Source: the human T2T-CHM13v2.0 reference genome, Homo sapiens. From it: a stretch of 64,000 bases of DNA. The notes beneath the pieces are model-generated. The model had not been told where the DNA came from and ran no database searches. It was given only the letters and a program-made list of their open reading frames with translations. A program made the position numbers and the translations under genes. The stretch lies in the NCBI RefSeq assembly GCF_009914755.1, contig NC_060934.1; one strand, written 5' to 3'. Below, piece after piece: positions 47,081 through 64,000 of this stretch. How positions within the stretch are numbered: the first letter of the stretch is position 1; each line of letters opens with the position of its first letter.

Positions 47081-48097
47081 ACGGAAATAATGTTAAGACA
47101 AAAGCAAATTCAAGCTATTTTCTTATTCGAGTTCAAAACAGGTCTTAAAGCAGCAGAGACAACTCGCAACATCAACAACCCATTTGGCGCAGGAATTGCT
47201 AACAAACGTACAGTGCAGTGGTGGTCAAAACGTTTTGCAAAAAAGATGAGAGCCTTGAAGATGAGAAGCGTAGTGGCCGGCCATGGGAATTTGACAATGA
47301 CCAATTGAGAGCAATCATTGAAGCTGATCCTCTTACAACTACACAAGAAGTTGCTGAAAAACTCAACATCGACCATTCTACAGGTCGTTCGGCATTTGAA
47401 GCAAATTAGAAAGGTAAAAAAGCCCGATAAGTGGGTGCCTTATGAGCGAGCGAGAATCAAAAACGTTGTTTTGAAGTGTTGTCTTCCCTTATTCTACGCA
47501 ACAACATGAACCATTTCTTGATCTGATTGTGACGTGCGACAAAAAAAATGGATTTTATGCAACAACCGGCGAATACCAGCTCAGTGGTTGGACAGAGAAG
47601 CAGCTCCAAATTACTTCCCAAAGCCAAACTTGCACCAAAAAAAGGGCATGGTCACTGCTGCCAGTCTGATCCACTACAGCTTTCTGAATCCCAGTGAAAC
47701 AATTACATCTGAGAAGTATGCTCAGCAAATTGTTGATGAGATGCACCGAAAACTGCAACTCCTGCAGCCGGCATAGGTCCACAGAAAGGCCCAGTTCTGC
47801 TCCATAAGAACGCCCAAGTGCAGGTCGTAGAACCAATGCTTCAAAAGTTGAATGAATTGGGCTACGAAGTTTTGCCTCATCCGCCATATTTACCTGACTT
47901 CTTGCCAACTGACTACCACTCCTTCAAGCATCTCGGCAACTTTTTGCAGGGAAAACGCTTCCACAACCAGTAGAATGCAGAAAATGTTTTCCAAGAGTTC
48001 ATCAAATCCAAAAGCACGGATTTTTACACTACAGGAATACAAACTTATTTCTCATTGGCCAAATTGTATTGATTGTAATCGTTCCTATTTTGATTAA
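47081..48097 (+). pseudogene. Hsmar1 transposase pseudogene (SETMAR transposase-domain family)
   Basis: Fragments KQIQAIFLFEFK..KAAETTRNIN, DESLEDEKRSGRP..DNDQLRAIIEADPLTTT, KWVP, LIHYSFLNPSETITSEKY and CIDCNRSYFD lie in different frames. Start codon is ACG, there is a TAG at 47774-47776, and the HDNA motif reads HKNA. Confidence 0.93.
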
Positions 48098-48145
48098 TAA
48101 AGATGAATTTGAGCCTAGTTATAATGATTTAAAATTCATGGTCCA

Positions 48146-48451
<306 letters not shown>

Positions 48452-48797
48452 TCACAGTCCAAAACTGCAATTACTTTTGCACCAATCTAGATAGCTGGAA
48501 GTAAATATTACTTTTGTACCAACCTAGATAGATGGAAGTAAATATTATCAGCCACATAGAAGAAATAGTATATAAAATGTATAGCTTTTTTTTGATTTTG
48601 AGACATGATCTGGCTCTGTTACCCAGGCTGGAGTACAGTGGTGTGATCTCAGCTCACAGTAGCTTCCAACTTCTGGGCTCAAGCAAGCCTCCCACCTCAG
48701 CCTCCCAAGTAGCTGGGACCACAGGTGCACGCCACCACACCCAGCTGTTTTTTCTTTTGTATTTTTGGTAAAGACAGGGTCTTGTTGTGTTGCCTAG

Positions 48798-49265
<468 letters not shown>

Positions 49266-49680
49266 TAATTACAGAGTTTTTTGGGGGGGGGGTTGTGGGC
49301 AAAGGGTTAAAAACTTCTTCCAATTTGTACTTTTAAGCAATAGTCTAATTAGTAGCCAATTTTCCTATCTGATATTATACAATCAACAAAAACCTGCTGA
49401 GGACCAAGCCACCAGGGATTAACAGTTAAGACTACTCACAATTTAGTGGATAAAACACAAATAACTATAATACATTTTACATTATAGATGTTTTTTCAAA
49501 TCTATAATAATGATAAAATGCTAAGATAGCAAAGGGTTGGGAATGGCTGATTTTGCAGAAGCTTTTTGTCTCCATTCCCTCAGCATGTTGTCTGCTTTAC
49601 CAGTTGGGTCACTGTTGAAAATATTAATACAGTTGATCTTTCAGAACCCTATTTGTCTTCCTAGGTTTATGCATACCAAA

Positions 49681-50268
<588 letters not shown>

Positions 50269-50309
50269 TCAAACACGCACACACACACACACACCCCTTA
50301 GTGGCAATA

Positions 50310-50760
50310 AATATTAGTAAATAATGAACATTTCAAAATTTTATAGTTTCTTTGGATCAGAAATTTGAGAGAGGATTACCTTGGTGGTTCTGTTAAGGAG
50401 ATTTTCATGAAATTGCAGTCAATTTGTCAGCTGAGGCTGCAGTCACCTGAAGAGTTAATGAGGGCAGGAGGATTAGCTTCTGAGATGGCTCACTCACATG
50501 GCTGGCAAGTTAGTTCTGGCTATTTCCAGGTGATCTCAGTTCCTCACTATGTGGACCTCTCCATTGGACTTCTCCCAGAATGAGTGACCCAAGAGAAAGC
50601 AAGTCAGAAGCAGCCGTGAAAGTCACACACATCACTTCCATTTTATTCTGTTGGTCACACAGACCAGTGTTGACAACATTTGAGAAGGGACTACAAAGGA
50701 GTGTAAATACTGGAAGGCAAGGATCATCGGGGAATATCTTGGAGGCTGGCTACTATAACA
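50310..50760 (-). mobile_element. MaLR LTR (MLT1F-like)
   Basis: GATGGCTCACTCACATGGCTGGCAAGTT and terminal ATCTTGGAGGCTGGCTAC resemble the MLT1F family. Confidence 0.7.
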
Positions 50761-50779
50761 CAGTCATTTCAAAAAAAAA

Positions 50780-53535
<2,756 letters not shown>

Positions 53536-54877
53536 AAGAGGAATAGTGAGATAAAACATTAAGTATTGGTACATTTAAGAAAAAACTGTATATTGTGAAA
53601 AAATGTTTGGCTTTTATAATTGTAATTTTTTAAAAAAAGAATATTTACCATGATTACAGCTGCACTCGCTAAAGTTTTTAAGCAAAATCTATTCTATGTG
53701 CTCTGGGAGGTTAAAAGAAAAAAGTGTTTCTATACTTCACTGGCATGCTTTAAATTGTATTTTATTTTTAAATTAAATTAATTTATTATTTATTTTTTGA
53801 GACAGGGTCTCGCTCTGTTGCTCAGGCTGGAGTGCAGTGGTGCAATCTCTGCTCACTGCAAACTCTGCCTCCCTGGCTCAAGCTATCCTCCCACCTCAGC
53901 CTCCTGAGCAGCTGGTCCAATAGGCACATGCCACCACTCCCAGCTAATTTTTGTTCTTTTGCAAGAGACAAGGTCTCACCATGTTGCTCAGGCTGGTCTC
54001 AAACTCCTGGGCTGAAGTGATCCACCTACCTCAGCCTCCCAAAGTGTTGGGATTACAGGTGTGAGCCATTGCGCCCGGCCTAAATTGTATTTTCTTTCTT
54101 TATCCTTTTTGTGTATTTGTATTTTATTCTCTTCCCTTAACTTTGCCAGTGAACTCTGCAAACAGCTGCTCCCTGACACTCTCACAGTTATTAATGTGAA
54201 TTTTTAGTCTTTGTGAATTTGAACAAATGACTATTTTTCTCTTAACTGGTTTCTGATTGATAAAAGCTCAGATTATCTTATCATCTAATACTTTCTGACC
54301 TAAACTCGGTACTTTTGTTGATGAAAGTCAATCCCTGTAAGTTAGTCACATTTTCCTCACACACCCCACCTTTTTTTTTTTTTTTTTTTTTGGCAGAGGG
54401 CAAATATAGAGATGCCACAGTTCTCAGCTGGTGAAACACTGTACTGCTCACAATCTAGCTCTAACATTCTGGCTTGCTGAATAGATTGATAGGTAGGCAG
54501 ACAGACAAATAACTAGCTCAACAATTCTGTTGCTTCTTGTATTTATTATGATAGCACAATTATTGATTGGGTTTTGATCAGTAGAATAAATAATTAGTAC
54601 AAATTGGTTTCTAGTGTGACTTTCTTTGCCACCTCTTATTTATACCTGGCTTCGCTAGTATTTCTTTGCCTGTGTGGCATTTTCATCTATTCTCTTTGTT
54701 ATGTTGATATTTAAGTCCCAGAAAAGAGTGGGTAGGAACCAGAGTAGCTCTCAAGGTGACAGGCAAATCTTCTAAGTGAAAAAAACCATTTTTCACTTTT
54801 ATTAATTAAAGATTTGCATTGTTTTTGCTGCTTTCTTTTCACAGTTCAAACAGACAACAATATCAGTGTTACTATAG

Positions 54878-55237
<360 letters not shown>

Positions 55238-56560
55238 TGATATGTTGTATTATTATCTTTTATTTCAAATTATTTTATTTTTATTATTTTTTATTTTTGA
55301 GACAGAGTCTTGCTCTGTCGCCCAGGCTGGAGTGCAGTGGCTCCATCTCGGGCACTGCAACCTCCGCTTCCCGGATTCAAGAGATACTCGTGTCTGACCT
55401 CAGGTGATCCACCTGCCTTGGCCTCCCAAAGTGTTGGGATTACAAGTGTGAGCCTCCGTGCCCGGCCTCAACTTATTTTTAAATTTCCATTGATCTCTTC
55501 TTTGACCTAGAGATTTGGAATTATGTTGCTTAATTTCCAATATTTCCGGAATTTTCTGGCTTGTTTGGGTTGATTTCTAATTTTAATTCTATTGCGGTTA
55601 GAGATGATACTCTGATTTCAATCCTCTTAAATTTGAGGCTCACACTGAGGATTAAGTATAAAAAAATTTTTTTTGATACCTGTTTCATGGACTCGCCTCA
55701 CAAACTTCTGTTTTAAGGTGGGGTAATTATAGTGCGTTCAGGGATGGATTTTTCTTCTGCTTTGGTTATGCATAGAGTGCACTGTGGCCCTTCAACACTA
55801 TACTCTGAAATCCCACACAGTATTTTCCTCATCTGGAGGTCCTATAGGCTTACACTAGGGAGGAGGATCCAGTTCAGGCCAGCGTAGTCTTCAGCTGCGC
55901 CGTGGGACTTTCGGGGGAGCGCCTTTGCCCTCTCAGAACGGCTGGGCGGAACGGTGGGTTTGTGAGCCCTCCAGGCTCAGGGTGGGTCGCTCAGGGGCCA
56001 TCTGGGGACTTTGGGAAGCAATGAAAGTTGTACCCTAGGATTTTTTTCTACTGGTCTTCTCTTCAGAGGCGAGAAAGCCAAGTTAAGAAAACCCAGACTC
56101 AGAAGGAGGTGGAGCGGGACTGCGTTCAGGCAAGGTGGCAGAACGCCTCGCCGTGGACGAAGAGAGCACATCTCTTCTTGCGAGGCCTAAGGAAGTAGGG
56201 CTCCCACTCGCCTCGGCAACCCAAGGACCCAGCCAAGGAGAGAGCCTCCAGATGAATCCTTCCTCTCCTCCTTCCTTCCCAGCCGCTCAAACTTTCACAA
56301 AGAGGAACTGGGTGCGGTAAAGAGGCCGGACACGGAACCGCTCGTCCGGTGACCGAAGAGACGGCGAGGAGCCCGCGAACCCGCCTCTGTTCAGGCCCCG
56401 CCCACTCGACGTAATTTGCCCGCCCCTCTCCACCCTCCGAAGGGTGGAGCCTGAGGCCCCGCCTCCAAGCGGCCTCTCCCCGGAGTGCCTGGCGGCCAGC
56501 AGGGCGGGGCAGGAGGCTGGGAGAGGGACGGGTGCGGGGGTGGGGGAGAGGAAGGGAGCG

Positions 56561-56594
56561 GTCACGTGTGAGGGGCGGCCCGAGGTCACGTGAC
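56561..56594. promoter_or_regulatory. VPS26A: Two E-box/CLEAR elements: GTCACGTGTG (56561-56570) and perfect palindrome GTCACGTGAC (56585-56594)
   Basis: Read directly. GTCACGTGAC is the MiT/TFE (TFEB/TFE3/MITF) and USF consensus. Confidence 0.8.
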
Positions 56595-56681
56595 GGAGCG
56601 CCGGAGCGGAGGGAGCCGGGGCTGGGAGTTCTCCTGAGGGAAGAGGAGTGGAGTAGGGGGGACGCGGCGGCGGCGTTGACA

Positions 56682-56684
56682 ATG
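56682..56684 (+). CDS. VPS26A: VPS26A (retromer subunit) exon 1: coding part is only the ATG; 5' UTR from ~56595; exon 2 lies beyond the window
   Basis: GACA-ATG|GTGAGT (A at -3, consensus donor). Identity inferred from synteny (~36 kb downstream of the SRGN TSS, same strand) and the recalled gene structure; no downstream coding exon is visible to confirm it. Confidence 0.8.
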
Positions 56685-58583
56685 GTGAGTGCGCGGCGGC
56701 CAGCGCGCTCGCCTCCCGCCCTCGTCCCGGAGCGCGCGGCGGGCCGGCCAACCGCGGGCCGGGCGTCGCCGGAGGAGGGGACGGGGGAGCAGGGCGGGGA
56801 GCGGGGTTAGGCCTGTCGGGCCACCCCTGGGTCTGGGAAAAGCTGGCGGCGCCACCTCTTCCCGGTCTCGGCGAGGCCCGAGCACCTACGGGCGGCGGCG
56901 TGCTCTCCTGGCCATGTCGGAGCCTCTGCCCGCGTTCTTCGACTGCTTGTTGGGGCTCTGGCTGGGGACTCGGACCCCGCCTCTGCGGGGGCTGGTCGCC
57001 GCCTCCCCTTCCTAGGTAGCCAGTCCCTGTTCTCCTCCCGGGCAGCCTCTCTTCCATCCAGGTGGGGCGACCCGGGAGCCCCCCACCTCCGGACTCTTCG
57101 GGGGACTTGGGCACTCAGTGTGTCACGAACTTGATAAACTCTGATATTTTAAAACCTGACTATGGTGACATTCTTTGATTTCATGACCCCAGTTCAGGCT
57201 TTCTGTTGACACTTGTAAAATGGGAGAGAAAAATAAAAGGACGTTGGAATGGGGGATATCTTTAACTCCAGAGACACCCGTTTGGTGCCCGCCGTTTTAA
57301 GCATTGGCTCTCATTTCCGTCCGCAAGCTATTTCTCTGAACTTAACGCTCTGGGTTGTTGAAACGGCCTATGAGGCAGAGGAGGGAGGGGAATCAGTGCT
57401 CTCACCACAGTCCGCGGAAGCACTAGCCTGGGCATTGTGGTATTTAGCTGGGTGTCGGCAGTCTCTAGGTTAGATCTCATTTTACCCATTTTCTGGTAGT
57501 AGTCGTCAATTCTCTTCATTTAGCGCCTACTGTATGCTCTCCTAATACTACCTGCTCTTCCCAAAGCTCACTGATTCAATAGACTGCTTGAGACTTTTGG
57601 CTTAAAAGGCCGAGCCAGGTATATTTTTAAAAAGCTACTTTGAATAAATAACTTTTAATTTCAGTAATGATGTTGCTTTCAAAACAAAACAAAACAAAAT
57701 CCAGACATTCATGTTCATTCTTAGAGCTTTTTTCTTTCATTCAACAAATAATTGCTCAGGTGTGCCTAGGGGACCCCAGTAAAATGGAAACAGCGCCTAC
57801 CTGCTCTCGTAGCTTACAATGTAGGGAGAGATAAACATTTATTTGTGTAAATTATTTGTTTAACGTGGAAATTAGAATTGTGACAGATACTAAGAAGGAA
57901 GTATTGGGGGACCTTGCCTAGTCAGTGTTAGGGCAGGCTTCTTTAATTGAATATCATTTGAAAAGAAAACTTAAAAGGTCCTCCTATTTTTTGCTTACAT
58001 TTGTAATTATTACTTTTAATACGCTTTTTTGAATTATGTTCAAGAGCAGTTTATATTTTCAAGTTACCCAAACAGAAACTAAATTGTAAAACTTTAAAAC
58101 ACTGAAATGGTCACAGATGTAATATATGTATGAAAATTTGCTGTTTCATTGCTTGTGTATGGGCTAAGTGAATGAATTTTGAGAGTCAGCCTTCCACCTC
58201 AGAAATGCAATGAGTTGCATTTCTTTACATCCACTGGACTTAGTGAAATTCCTTCAGTGGGGACTAAAAAGTTGCCTTTTTATGTATCTACCATGTATTT
58301 TTGCTAATTGGTAATGCTCAATATTGGGTTCAGAAATTATATGAAAAATCCTAAATTAACCTAAAGTCAGTGATAGGAGGTTTAGGCCAAGATTAGAAAA
58401 CTATAAAAACAATTGCTAGCATGTTTTTATAGTCATATATATTGCAGTCCAGTTATTTAAAAGCTCAAGAGTTTTAACTTGCATATTAATAGTTAATCCT
58501 GAAAATCGCAATATTCCAAATACGCCCTTGAAGATATCTTTACCAAAAGAAGTGAGTAGTATTTTTGCACTTAAAAGATCTCA

Positions 58584-64000
<5,417 letters not shown>

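Larger units (their letters stand above)
56100..57110. promoter_or_regulatory. VPS26A: CpG island / VPS26A promoter with GC boxes (GCCCCGCCC 56395-56403, GGGCGGGGC 56502-56510)
   Basis: Very GC- and CpG-rich relative to the flanks, and contains a first exon with a strong donor. Confidence 0.9.

Noticed and set aside
47081-48097. Functional mariner transposase or second SETMAR-like gene
   Set aside because: ACG start, multiple frameshifts, in-frame stops and loss of the second catalytic Asp (HKNA); no SET-domain exons are nearby.
56287-57114. 275-aa minus-strand ORF, the longest in the track
   Set aside because: It starts at GTG, lies wholly in the CpG island where stop codons are rare, and is low-complexity Pro/Arg/Gly with no recognisable domain.

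Overview
Primate genomic DNA, almost certainly human (recognised as the SRGN-VPS26A interval of chr10q22.1). It holds the complete three-exon serglycin gene SRGN on the + strand (CDS 20578-20656, 29500-29647, 36299-36548; 158 aa, with CAG/Gln at codon 31) and its TATA-less ETS/CRE promoter. It also holds the CpG-island promoter and ATG-only first exon of VPS26A (+, ATG 56682-56684); the window ends inside VPS26A intron 1. The rest is repeat-dominated: roughly 70 Alu copies or fragments, MIR/L2/L1M relics, hAT and Tigger DNA elements, an ancient two-LTR ERVL-class provirus just 3' of SRGN (~37500-45200) and a near full-length decayed Hsmar1 mariner (46903-48490). Nearly all ORFs in the supplied track are Alu or other repeat artefacts. 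I cannot support a previously undescribed biological system here. The best leads are the inverted-Alu clamp around the weak SRGN exon 2, the Hsmar1 copy that keeps the SETMAR-type acceptor and poly(A) signal, the tandem CLEAR plus G4 module at VPS26A, and several small rearrangement scars. Repeat subfamily names come from recalled consensus sequences and repeat boundaries are approximate.
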